Below, piece after piece: positions 8,246-17,751 of a DNA stretch of 64,000 nucleotides. Origin of the DNA: an uncultured Candidatus Saccharibacteria bacterium. Its GTDB lineage: Bacteria; Patescibacteriota; Minisyncoccia; Phycocordibacterales; UBA3531. The translations under genes were made by a program, and so were the position numbers. Each line of letters opens with the position of its first letter. Position 1 is the stretch's first letter. Location of the stretch: the NCBI GenBank assembly GCA_964361405.1, contig CAYIAA010000001.1, positions 20,917-84,916 on the forward strand, written 5' to 3'. The notes under the pieces were generated by a model. It did not search any database and was not told the origin of the DNA. It saw nothing but the letters and a program-made list of their open reading frames with translations.

Positions 8246-10171
8246 ATGTGCGCAATTATCGGAGTAGTCGGAAAAATTCCAGAGCGTGAAAAAGTCATCC
8301 GCGCTCGCGATACCATGACACATCGTGGTCCGGATGATGCCGGGATTTATTATATGCCCGAGGAAGGGGTGGCGCTTGGGCACCGACGTCTTTCCATCAT
8401 TGATCTCTCACCGTCGGGCCGTCAGCCCATGGAATCGGTGGATGGGCGTTTCGTGGTTACCTTTAACGGCGAGATTTATAATTACCAAGCACTTCGTTCC
8501 GAGCTTCGCAGTAAGTATAAATTTTCTACCGAGACAGACACGGAGACGATTCTCGCGGCGTTTTCAGTGTGGGGGCTTTCCTGCGTCAAACGGCTCCGCG
8601 GTATGTTTGCATTTGCGGTGTGGGATAAGAAAACGCGAAAGTGTTACCTCGTGCGTGACCGGCTTGGGATCAAGCCGCTTTACTATACAGAGCACGCGGG
8701 GAATTTTTATTTTTCTTCTGAAATCAAAGGCATCCTTCTGCTTTCTGACATTCCCCGAAAGCTCAATCGGGCCGCTTTCACCGATTATCTAAGTTATCGT
8801 TATCCTCTCGGAGGAAAAACATTTTTTGAGGGGATTCACTCGGTTTTACCCGGACAGATTATGACAATTGTTCCTGGTGGAAAAGTGGAAGAAACGTTGT
8901 ATTGGGATCTTCCCGTTGTCTCCGATAAAAAGGAACGCACCGAGGTCGAAGTCCTGTTTGAGACTGAACGGATTTTGAAGGAGACCGTCCGACTTCATCT
9001 GCAAAGCGACGTCCCGGTCGGGGCGTATCTTTCCGGTGGCATTGATTCAAGTCTTCTGGTTGCTTTGATGTCCGAGCTAACGAGTAAACCGGTCAAGACC
9101 TTTTCCGTCGGGTTTCCTGAAGTAGAGGCAAATGAATTCAGCTTTGCGCGGGAGGTCGCACAGCGCTATGGCACACAACATCGGGAAATTGAACTCGACG
9201 CGAAAAATTATCTCGCACTTCTGCCTGAAGTGATTCGGTTCAAGGACGCTCCTTTGGCAATCCCGAACGAGGTACCACTCCATGTGCTGTCTTCCGAATT
9301 GAAAAAACATATCACCGTGGTGCTCTCCGGCGAAGGAGCAGACGAACTCTTCGGCGGCTATGGGCGGATTTTTCGGAGCGGCTTTGATTGGGAGCGCATG
9401 TCATGTCTTCCGTTATTTCCGTTTTCGGATCATGAGCGAGGAGAGCTGAAGAAAAATTTAATCAGTAAATACGGCACTTCCTTTCCAAGGACAATCACAG
9501 AACATTTCACCGGAGAATACTCGTATATGCCAGTATCTGAAAAACAGGCGCTCTTGTCGGGAGAGCACTTCGATCTTTCCCGCCGCATGCTTTTGAACGA
9601 ATCCTTCTTTGAAACTTTTTTCGAGAAGGCGCGGACATTATCTTTTTCAGAGCAGTATCTCTATCTTTTCGAAAAGGTTCACATCATTGGTCCACTGGAA
9701 CGCTTGGATACGACGACAATGTCCCGATCGGTTGAAGCGCGGGTGCCGTATGTTGACCACGAGCTTGTTGAATTTGTCTCTGCGCTTCCGCTTTCTTTTA
9801 AGCTAAGGTGGAACGATATGGATGCAGAAACTGCCAGCCGTGTGTTGAATGCGGATCAGATCAGTGAAACATACGACACACCGAAATACATTTTGAGGAA
9901 ACTTGCTGAAAAATACTTGCCGGAGAATGTGATTAACCGTAAAAAAATGGGATTCCCCGTACCGCTCAATGCATGGATGGGGGGTGAGCTCTCATCCTAC
10001 GCTCGCGACATTCTCCTTAAACCCGACGCCCGCTTGAGCGGGTTATATAACGAGGAAACGCTCAAGCGTTTTCTTACCGAGCCGCCCCTCGCCCCCGGTC
10101 GCCGCGGTATGAATATCTGGATGCTCATTAACTTGGAATTATGGGCGAATGAGTATAAGGTAACAATTTAA
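8246..10171 (+). CDS. asnB: Asparagine synthase (glutamine-hydrolysing)-family amidotransferase
   Basis: N-terminal MCAI (Ntn Cys2), HRGPD, LGHRRLSIID, FNGEIYN, LSGGIDSS, GEGADELFGGY; start set at ATG 8246. Confidence 0.92.
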   Translation: MCAIIGVVGKIPEREKVIRARDTMTHRGPDDAGIYYMPEEGVALGHRRLSIIDLSPSGRQPMESVDGRFVVTFNGEIYNYQALRSELRSKYKFSTETDTETILAAFSVWGLSCVKRLRGMFAFAVWDKKTRKCYLVRDRLGIKPLYYTEHAGNFYFSSEIKGILLLSDIPRKLNRAAFTDYLSYRYPLGGKTFFEGIHSVLPGQIMTIVPGGKVEETLYWDLPVVSDKKERTEVEVLFETERILKETVRLHLQSDVPVGAYLSGGIDSSLLVALMSELTSKPVKTFSVGFPEVEANEFSFAREVAQRYGTQHREIELDAKNYLALLPEVIRFKDAPLAIPNEVPLHVLSSELKKHITVVLSGEGADELFGGYGRIFRSGFDWERMSCLPLFPFSDHERGELKKNLISKYGTSFPRTITEHFTGEYSYMPVSEKQALLSGEHFDLSRRMLLNESFFETFFEKARTLSFSEQYLYLFEKVHIIGPLERLDTTTMSRSVEARVPYVDHELVEFVSALPLSFKLRWNDMDAETASRVLNADQISETYDTPKYILRKLAEKYLPENVINRKKMGFPVPLNAWMGGELSSYARDILLKPDARLSGLYNEETLKRFLTEPPLAPGRRGMNIWMLINLELWANEYKVTI

Positions 10172-10180
10172 TTGAGAGAC

Positions 10181-11395
10181 ATGTATACAAAAAAAGACAA
10201 CCATGGAAAGGAAAGTAAGGGGTTGGGACTTGCCCGACTTGCGGATGATATTCCGGCCTTTTATGTGCTTGCGATTGATAAAATTGCAAATGAATATCAA
10301 CAAGCCGGGAAAGACGTTATCAAACTCAATCTTGGAAAGTCGGAGGTTCCGATGCCTAAATATGTTGCGGACGAGATGGTGCGGAATATCTACGACGGTA
10401 TCCGACGGGAAATGATCGATCCACAAGGACTCATTCCACTCCGCGAAGAAATTGCACATGCGCACGAGGCGGCTTCCGGAGTACAGGTCTCGCCGGACAA
10501 CGTCTTTATCAATAACGGGACGAGTCCGTTTTTCCTCTCATTTTTTCTCCTTCTTGCAGATCCTGGAGACGAGATTCTTCTTCCTCTCCCGTACTACCCG
10601 ACCTATGTGGCGAGTGCAAATATGGCGCGTCTCGGAAAAAGTTTCTACCGGATTGAAAACGGGCGGGTGAACATGGATGATATTCGCTCACGTTTTGTTC
10701 CCGGAAAAACGAAGATTGTATTTCTCAATTCCCCTGGGAATCCGTTGGGAAACGTACACACGAAGGAGGAACTCCGGGAAATTCTCGACATTGTTGACGG
10801 TCGTGCCTATGTTATTTCCGACGAGATTTACGACGGTTTCGTGTACGGAGACGACTATACCTCCATCTTGAGTGTATACAATCCCGCGCGGGACAAAGTC
10901 ATCGTCGTGAACGGTTTCTCGAAAATCCATCACATGTATACGAGGCGGCTTGGATACGCAATTGTACCAGAAGAATTGACACCGGCACTGCTTAGGTACC
11001 AACAGCATACGCTTGTCTGCGTCGACCCGATTACCCAGTTTGCGGGACTTGTTTCTATGAAGAACAAAGAACGCCTTATCCGTGACGAGACCAAGACAGA
11101 AGTTGAAGAGTATCGCCGCCGACTTCATGCGTCGGAGCGCATTCTCCGGAGCACGCACGCTCGGGTTATACCCCCCGCAGGCAGTTTCTACATGTGTTTG
11201 GATGTCTCGGGTTACCTTGGCGGTAAAACCTCCGATTCGCTCTCACTCGCTAAACTTCTTTTAAACGACGCACATGTTGCAATTACTCCCGCGGAAGATT
11301 TCGGTGGGAGCGATTTTTTCAGAGTGAGTCTTACGAGCAGTCGTGTGGTCGAAGGGATTGAACGGATAGCGGATTTTTTCGCACACTTTAAATGA
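10181..11395 (+). CDS. PLP-dependent aminotransferase class I/II
   Basis: NSPGNPLG, ISDEIYD, GFSK (PLP lysine), RLGY motifs. Confidence 0.9.
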   Translation: MYTKKDNHGKESKGLGLARLADDIPAFYVLAIDKIANEYQQAGKDVIKLNLGKSEVPMPKYVADEMVRNIYDGIRREMIDPQGLIPLREEIAHAHEAASGVQVSPDNVFINNGTSPFFLSFFLLLADPGDEILLPLPYYPTYVASANMARLGKSFYRIENGRVNMDDIRSRFVPGKTKIVFLNSPGNPLGNVHTKEELREILDIVDGRAYVISDEIYDGFVYGDDYTSILSVYNPARDKVIVVNGFSKIHHMYTRRLGYAIVPEELTPALLRYQQHTLVCVDPITQFAGLVSMKNKERLIRDETKTEVEEYRRRLHASERILRSTHARVIPPAGSFYMCLDVSGYLGGKTSDSLSLAKLLLNDAHVAITPAEDFGGSDFFRVSLTSSRVVEGIERIADFFAHFK

Positions 11396-13476
11396 AAGTT
11401 ATTCTCTGCGCAGCTGGAGTGGGGAGCCGGATGGGACCACTTACCCTTGATCGTTCAAAAGGACTTCTTCCACTGGGTGACAAGCTTTTGATCGAGCATA
11501 TACTTGACGCGGTTTCCGTTTGCGGCATCCGAGACGTTGTCATTGTTGTGGGGCACTTCGCACAGAAGGTTCGAGAGGCAGTGGGAGAAAGTTATGGCGG
11601 TTGCCGCATCACCTACGTTGAGAACCAAGAGTATGCCACGACACAAAATATTTACTCACTCTGGCTCGCGCGGAATCACGTGACTGACGGCATGGTATTT
11701 ATAAACGCCGATACCGTTTTTCACCCCACAATTTTGAAGATGCTCATTGATAGTCCACACGAGAATGCTTTTGCAATGAGTACCCCGATTAAGATTTTTG
11801 AGGATTCAATGAAGGTGTACCTTGAGGAGGATAAGCTTTTCGCAATTGGGAAAGAAATTGCCTACGAACCGCACGGGGAGGCTTTTGGCATCTATAAACT
11901 TTCACAGGAGGGAAGCAAAAAATACTTTTCCATTGCAGAAAATCTTTTTAAGTCGGACAAATACCATAAAACCGTTCCTTTTGTTGTGCCGCTTCAGATA
12001 ATGGCTAGTACGACGCCGATTAAAGCGGTTTCGTCCGGCGAATATCCATGGGCTGAAGTTGATACACCGGAAGATTATGAACGGGCACAGAAAATTATCG
12101 GGCTTATTAGCACTCCTTCGTCTACAAGCGGGCTCGTGAAGAATTACACTGTGGTGGCAACATCTCCCGAAAAGCGCTCACTTCTCAAGTGGTTCGAGAC
12201 AGGAATGCAAAGCATTTTACCGGAATTTCTCATACCAGCTACAGTTCGTGTCTCTCGAGACACCTTATTTGTTCAAGATAAATCATTTCCTTTAGCCAAT
12301 CGACGTGTATTTGTGATTGGAATCGGGAAAGCCGTCCTTGGAATGGCGAAGGCGATTGAAGACGTGCTTGGACTCGAACGGATTACAGCGGGTGTAGTTG
12401 TTTCAAACAGGGATACTGGGCAACTCCGTACTATCGAGGTGCATGAGGCGGATCATCCAGTGCCGTCGGAGCGTAGTGTTTTTGGGGCCAGGAAAGTACT
12501 CGACTTGAAAGCCAAACACAATCTGACTGAGCGGGATCTCTTAATTGCACTTATCTCCGGCGGCGGTTCATCGCTCTTGGCACACCCAGCGTCGGGCATC
12601 ACGCTTTCCGACAAACAGAAAATGATTGAACTCTTAATTCGGAGTGGCGCCACCGTGCACGAGATGACGGTTTTGAAGAAAAAGGTCTCAAGCGTGAAAG
12701 GAGGGAAGCTCGCGCGGCATTTTTATCCGACCCCCATTGTTTCTCTCACGCTCTCTGACGTCGTCGGGAATGATCTTACCGTAATCGCCTCGGGGCCGTT
12801 CGTCCATGACGAGACAACTATCGATGACGCATTCCGTATTATCGATACCTACAACCTCCGCTCCGTATTGCCGAAGAGTATTATGCAGTTTTTTGAAAGT
12901 CGTATCGGAAAAGAAGAAAAAGTTCCTTCATTTGACCACGTTCACCACACGCTTCTTGGGGATAATGATACGGTGCTCTATGCAATTAAAACGGCGGCAG
13001 AGAGTGATGGGGTTCGTGTGCATGTGAAATCCCGCCTTGAAGGCGAAGCAAGCGAAGTCGCACGCACTATCTGTGCCGATATTTCGAAACGGAAAATACA
13101 GGAACCGACGCTTTTTCTCTATGGCGGAGAGACGACGGTGAAACTTCCAGAGGCGCATGGTGTGGGCGGCAGGAATCAGGAATTCGTGTTATCGTGCCTT
13201 GAGTACTTCCGTGCTAATCCGCTCACCGCGCCCTGGGCGCTTCTGTCTCTCGGGACTGACGGAGTTGATTTTATTCCCGAAGCGGCTGGAGCCCTTGTTG
13301 ACCCCGAAACGATTAGAGACGCGGATAAGAAGGGTATTGACTTCGCTCACGCGCTTGCCACGCATGATTCGTATCCGGTGCTCCGCGATCTCGGAACGAT
13401 TGTTTCAACCGGCGGTCCGACAGGAACCAACGTTGGTGATGTAATTATGGTTTTTATTGACCCCAGGCATTCATGA
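11392..13476 (+). CDS. Fusion: LicC-like nucleotidyl(cytidylyl)transferase + glycerate 2-kinase (DUF4147/MOFRL, TtuD/GckA-like)
   Basis: N-half LCAAGVGSRM...K, NAD, WAEVDTPED; C-half GIGKA, ADHPVP, LISGGGSSL, VKGGKLA, SDVVGND, GGETTV, GGRNQE, GTDGVD, GPTGTNVGD; continuous ORF. Confidence 0.9.
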   Translation: MKVILCAAGVGSRMGPLTLDRSKGLLPLGDKLLIEHILDAVSVCGIRDVVIVVGHFAQKVREAVGESYGGCRITYVENQEYATTQNIYSLWLARNHVTDGMVFINADTVFHPTILKMLIDSPHENAFAMSTPIKIFEDSMKVYLEEDKLFAIGKEIAYEPHGEAFGIYKLSQEGSKKYFSIAENLFKSDKYHKTVPFVVPLQIMASTTPIKAVSSGEYPWAEVDTPEDYERAQKIIGLISTPSSTSGLVKNYTVVATSPEKRSLLKWFETGMQSILPEFLIPATVRVSRDTLFVQDKSFPLANRRVFVIGIGKAVLGMAKAIEDVLGLERITAGVVVSNRDTGQLRTIEVHEADHPVPSERSVFGARKVLDLKAKHNLTERDLLIALISGGGSSLLAHPASGITLSDKQKMIELLIRSGATVHEMTVLKKKVSSVKGGKLARHFYPTPIVSLTLSDVVGNDLTVIASGPFVHDETTIDDAFRIIDTYNLRSVLPKSIMQFFESRIGKEEKVPSFDHVHHTLLGDNDTVLYAIKTAAESDGVRVHVKSRLEGEASEVARTICADISKRKIQEPTLFLYGGETTVKLPEAHGVGGRNQEFVLSCLEYFRANPLTAPWALLSLGTDGVDFIPEAAGALVDPETIRDADKKGIDFAHALATHDSYPVLRDLGTIVSTGGPTGTNVGDVIMVFIDPRHS

Positions 13477-14360
13477 ATGAGCACAAACACAAAATGACTA
13501 CCGAGGAGGTTCGCGTCTACTGGGGCAAGAAGAACATTCCCCAGCAGTGGTACTCGAAGAAAGACCCGTTCACGAGGCAATGGTTTAACGAACTTGCTTA
13601 TAAAAGGTATAGCCGCTACTACCCATACTTGAAAGACGAATTGGAATTTGAGAATCACCGTGGCGAAGAAATTCTCGAAATCGGCTGCGGTATCGGCACG
13701 GACTTAGCTGAATTTGCCCAAGGCGGCGCCGTTGTCACTGGCACCGACCTCGGTCCGGATCAAGTGATGCTCTCGAAACTAAACCTCGACCTCCGTGGTC
13801 TACCCTATAAAGAGATTACAGAAGCTAATGTTGAGAACCTCCCGTTTCCGGACGGTTCATTTGACCTTGTTTACTCAATCGGCGTTATACATCATGTTGC
13901 AAATCCCGAGAAAGCGATAAGTGAGATATTCCGCGTGCTCAAGCCCGACGGGAAGGCGATTGTGCTCGTCTATGCCCGCGGCTGGAAACACTACCTCAAG
14001 CGATGTCTCGTGCACGGCATTCTCAAGGGAAAGTGGTTTCGATACGGGTTTGACTGGCGGAAGGTGAGGAGCGAGGTGTCCGAGGTCCACGGTTCTTCAC
14101 CTCGTACCGAGATTTGGACGAAGCGCGAGGTCCGGAAACTGTTTAAACAATTTCCGACGCTTGAAATCAAGAAGCGGCGGCTCGGAGAATTTTTCGAGTA
14201 TAAACCCTACAATACCGTGATGTTTCCGGCGTTCGTAAGAAATATTCTTTTCCTTCTCGGACTTGAATCTCTCATCGGTGAGAATTGGTTCGTGAAAGCA
14301 GATAAAACAAAATGGCCAAAAGAGGAAACCTTCTTTGGAGTGTGGTGGAGACACTACTAG
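13473..14360 (+). CDS. Class I SAM-dependent methyltransferase
   Basis: ILEIGCGIG, LPFPDGSFDLVYSIGVIHH, RVLKPDG. Confidence 0.9.
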   Translation: MNEHKHKMTTEEVRVYWGKKNIPQQWYSKKDPFTRQWFNELAYKRYSRYYPYLKDELEFENHRGEEILEIGCGIGTDLAEFAQGGAVVTGTDLGPDQVMLSKLNLDLRGLPYKEITEANVENLPFPDGSFDLVYSIGVIHHVANPEKAISEIFRVLKPDGKAIVLVYARGWKHYLKRCLVHGILKGKWFRYGFDWRKVRSEVSEVHGSSPRTEIWTKREVRKLFKQFPTLEIKKRRLGEFFEYKPYNTVMFPAFVRNILFLLGLESLIGENWFVKADKTKWPKEETFFGVWWRHY

Positions 14361-14370
14361 GAGTAAATTG

Positions 14371-15186
14371 ATGCAACACTACACCCTAAAGGAAATTCGC
14401 GAGAAACGGTTTGATCCGAAACGAAGTCGGGCACGTATCATAAGCGAGCGATATGTAGTATTGAACGCTATCGGGAAGCTCGTCTCGCCGTATCCGACCT
14501 ATGCATTTCTCAACCTCGGACTCACACCGGATGTGATAACGCTCGTAAGTATCGGTTTCATCATCGCGAGTGCGGGATTTTTCCTCGCGGGTCAATCGGT
14601 TCTAGCGGCAATAGGACTCTTATGTTTCCTGCTCTGTGACAGCGTGGACGGCGACATGGCGCGCGTGCGCGGCTCCACGCGTTACGGCGGTGTCATCGAC
14701 TCCTACGGAGCCGACTTCTTTTATGCTCTTATCCCATCGTCTATTGGTTTTTTCCTTTTTTCACGAGGCACAACGATAGCTGCTTTTTCTCCGGAGGTTG
14801 TTCTGATGATCGCTGTTTCTGTTTCGCTCACCTTTACGCTCTACCGATCAATTAATATCAAGCTTGTGGGGTTTTTGGAGCGGGAGGGCGCAATTACGAA
14901 AGGAGACGCATTCTCGGGAATGAATTCCGAAGGAAAGTTCTCGGTCTCTCTGTGGGCGAGGAAAGTGGTAAAGTTATTCCGCCATGAGGTGGTGAAGGGA
15001 AATTTTTTTTCCGAACCCGGCTTAGTTCTCTGGTTCTCACTCGGTATGTTTACCGGCGCTTATGCGGCCCTTGCCTGGTATCTCGTGGCGCTTCTTTTCT
15101 ATAACCTCGTATGGCTTCTCATCACACTTGTGCGTTCATATATAACATTCCTTCACATCGAGAAAACACCTCACTCTAATTCCTGA
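14371..15186 (+). CDS. CDP-alcohol phosphotransferase-family membrane protein
   Basis: LTPDVIT and DSVDGDMARVRGSTRYGGVID signature; multiple TM segments; start at ATG 14371. Confidence 0.85.
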   Translation: MQHYTLKEIREKRFDPKRSRARIISERYVVLNAIGKLVSPYPTYAFLNLGLTPDVITLVSIGFIIASAGFFLAGQSVLAAIGLLCFLLCDSVDGDMARVRGSTRYGGVIDSYGADFFYALIPSSIGFFLFSRGTTIAAFSPEVVLMIAVSVSLTFTLYRSINIKLVGFLEREGAITKGDAFSGMNSEGKFSVSLWARKVVKLFRHEVVKGNFFSEPGLVLWFSLGMFTGAYAALAWYLVALLFYNLVWLLITLVRSYITFLHIEKTPHSNS

Positions 15187-15193
15187 TAGCACC

Positions 15194-16003
15194 ATGCCTG
15201 ACAATAAAGCATTTGAGGAAAAATGGGCGAGCGTTTGCGGTGGCACGGGTAAAGTAGAAGAGAAAACCGTTTTTGTTCCAAGAGGCGCTCAACCGAAAAC
15301 CCAGAGGCAATTTAACCTTCTCCATTACTTCGAATTCATTGCCAGGCGTATTGAAGGCAAGGGTTACCGGACTGCGCTTGAAGTGGGGTGCGGCCGTGGC
15401 ACGATCGGACTCTATCTGAACCGCTACCTTGGCATGAACGTGACTCTTCTCGATTCATCACAGGATGCGGTGGAACTTGCGCGGTGGAATTTCACGCACT
15501 GGGGTGGAAAGGGGGTATTTCGAATCGAAGACGCTCGCGCGCTTTCTTTCCCCGAATCGAGTTTTGACGTTATTGCGACAATTGGACTTCTCGAGCATTT
15601 CGAGGACTATAGACCAGTGTTACGGGAAATGCATCGAGTGCTTAAACCCGGAGGGGTTTTGTTTTCGGTGAACATTCCGAAGAAAAAATCCGTTCAGGTT
15701 TTGAACAGTATCTTCCGCTCCTTTTTGCGTTTTGGAAAGACAGGGCTTCATAAAGATTACTTCAGGAATACCGACACGCCGGGTGATTTCAAATGCCACG
15801 CTGAAGAGGCCGGATTTAAGGATGTAAAAGTGTTTTACGTCAATCCTTTTCCGCTCTTTACTCCCATACCAGCGTGGGCGGAGCGGGCGCTTGCGAGACT
15901 TTATCGCGCGATCTACGCCGCCAGAGGTCTGGTGATGCCGTATCCCTTCCGAGGATCAAGAATGTTCTCACAGGCTCATTTCTTATCAGCAAAGAAAAAA
16001 TAG
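15194..16003 (+). CDS. Class I SAM-dependent methyltransferase
   Basis: LEVGCGRG, SFDVIATIGLLEH, RVLKPGG. Confidence 0.9.
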   Translation: MPDNKAFEEKWASVCGGTGKVEEKTVFVPRGAQPKTQRQFNLLHYFEFIARRIEGKGYRTALEVGCGRGTIGLYLNRYLGMNVTLLDSSQDAVELARWNFTHWGGKGVFRIEDARALSFPESSFDVIATIGLLEHFEDYRPVLREMHRVLKPGGVLFSVNIPKKKSVQVLNSIFRSFLRFGKTGLHKDYFRNTDTPGDFKCHAEEAGFKDVKVFYVNPFPLFTPIPAWAERALARLYRAIYAARGLVMPYPFRGSRMFSQAHFLSAKKK

Positions 16004-16004
16004 T

Positions 16005-17747
16005 ATGTGCGCGATCATTGGAGCAGTGGGGAAGAAACTTCCTGCGCGGGAAATATTTGAACGCGCGCGCGACACTATGGCGCATCGCGGTCCGGATGGC
16101 ATGGGTATTTATTACGAGCCGAAAGAGGGGATTGCCCTGGGACATCGGCGACTTGCGATTATTGATCTCTCGAACGCAGGCAATCAGCCGATGATTTCAA
16201 ACGATGGGCGCTATCAGATTGTTTTTAATGGCGAGATCTATAACTATCTCGAACTCAAGCGAGAACTTAAAGGATATCAATTTAAAACAAAAACTGACAC
16301 TGAAGTTTTGTTAGCCGCCTACGAGCGTTGGGGGACGAATTGCCTCGATCGGCTCGAAGGTATGTTTAGTTTCGCGATCTGGGATTCGCGCGAGAAATCA
16401 CTTTTTGCCGCGCGGGATCGTTTTGGCGAGAAACCGTTCTTTTATTCTGTTCTCGGCGCCGACACTTTCGTTTTTGCTTCCGAAATAAAAGGTCTTTTGG
16501 CTCTTGGGGTGAAACCGAAAATTAATGAATCGGCCATCCATGCATACCTTGTATACGGTTATTATGACCACTCGAATGAAACGTTTTTTGATGGGGTACA
16601 GGTGCTTCCACCCGGACACATGATATCTCGCGGCCAGGACGGGGACCTGGACATTACTCGGTACTGGGATATTGCCGATGCGCGCCCTATCATTCCAACG
16701 TCGCCAGAAGGAATTCTTGAGCGATATAAAGAGCTTCTCGAGAAGTCGGTGGAACTTCGTTTCAGAAGCGACGTACCGGTAGGACTCAATCTCTCAAGCG
16801 GACTTGATTCAAATTCACTTCGCTATTTCTCCGAATGCACGATGGGAAAGACTGTTGACATGTTTTCATTGTGTCTTCCAAGCGATGAATACAATGAATG
16901 TGATCTGATTGAGAAATTTCTCACCGAGGATGAGAAAAAACGTTGGCATACTACCGTAATGACACCAGAAAATGTGTGGAGCGACATTGAACGTATGGTG
17001 AAAATCGAAGATCAACCATTTGGCGGTGTGCCAACCATTGCATACTTAGCACTTCCGGAGCTTGCGAAACGTTCATCGGTTACCGTTCTTCTTGAAGGGC
17101 AAGGGCTCGACGAGCTTCTTGGCGGCTATCCTTACTATCTATCGCTTGTCGAGGCGGGGAATATGCCCGCGTTGCCGGGGAAAAGCCAAGATATGTCGCA
17201 GGAAACGGATGGATCAGTTCTCGAACAAGCGTTCGTTGGCCAATATGCTGGTGGCGCATTCCGTTTTCCGGAACCCTTTTCTTCGCCTCTTATGAATGCC
17301 CAATATCGCGATATAGGGTATACCAAGCTCCCGCGAGTGCTTCGGTTCAATGACCACGCGTCGATGGCACTGGGCCGAGAGCTTCGTATGCCATATCTAT
17401 CGCGTGAGTTTGCAGAGTTCTGCTTTCACCTCCCACTTGCGGAGAAAATTCTAAGTGGGGAACAGAAGGTGCTAAACCGGCGGGCGATGAAAGAGTATCT
17501 CCCTAGCGTTGTGCGAGCAAAGCAGAAAAAAGTTTTTGGAGCCATACAGACCGAATGGTTCCGAAAATACTACAAAGACGCTACTCTAGGGGTTCTCGCT
17601 TCATCTTCATTTCGATCCCGTCCGTATTGGAACCATGTTGTTCTTGAGGAGAAAGTGCAACGCTTTTTTAGTGGCGAAGGAACCAACTCATTTTTTATTT
17701 GGCAGTGTATTAACCTTGAGTTTTGGCTTAGAGAATTTATTGACTAA
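16005..17747 (+). CDS. asnB: Asparagine synthase-family amidotransferase (second paralog)
   Basis: MCAI, HRGPDG, LGHRRLAIID, FNGEIYN, LSSGLDS, GQGLDELLGGY. Confidence 0.92.
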   Translation: MCAIIGAVGKKLPAREIFERARDTMAHRGPDGMGIYYEPKEGIALGHRRLAIIDLSNAGNQPMISNDGRYQIVFNGEIYNYLELKRELKGYQFKTKTDTEVLLAAYERWGTNCLDRLEGMFSFAIWDSREKSLFAARDRFGEKPFFYSVLGADTFVFASEIKGLLALGVKPKINESAIHAYLVYGYYDHSNETFFDGVQVLPPGHMISRGQDGDLDITRYWDIADARPIIPTSPEGILERYKELLEKSVELRFRSDVPVGLNLSSGLDSNSLRYFSECTMGKTVDMFSLCLPSDEYNECDLIEKFLTEDEKKRWHTTVMTPENVWSDIERMVKIEDQPFGGVPTIAYLALPELAKRSSVTVLLEGQGLDELLGGYPYYLSLVEAGNMPALPGKSQDMSQETDGSVLEQAFVGQYAGGAFRFPEPFSSPLMNAQYRDIGYTKLPRVLRFNDHASMALGRELRMPYLSREFAEFCFHLPLAEKILSGEQKVLNRRAMKEYLPSVVRAKQKKVFGAIQTEWFRKYYKDATLGVLASSSFRSRPYWNHVVLEEKVQRFFSGEGTNSFFIWQCINLEFWLREFID

Positions 17748-17751
17748 AGTT

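Noticed and set aside
10181-13476. Phosphonate biosynthesis (aminotransferase + LicC-like)
   Set aside because: No PEP mutase or phosphonopyruvate decarboxylase in the window
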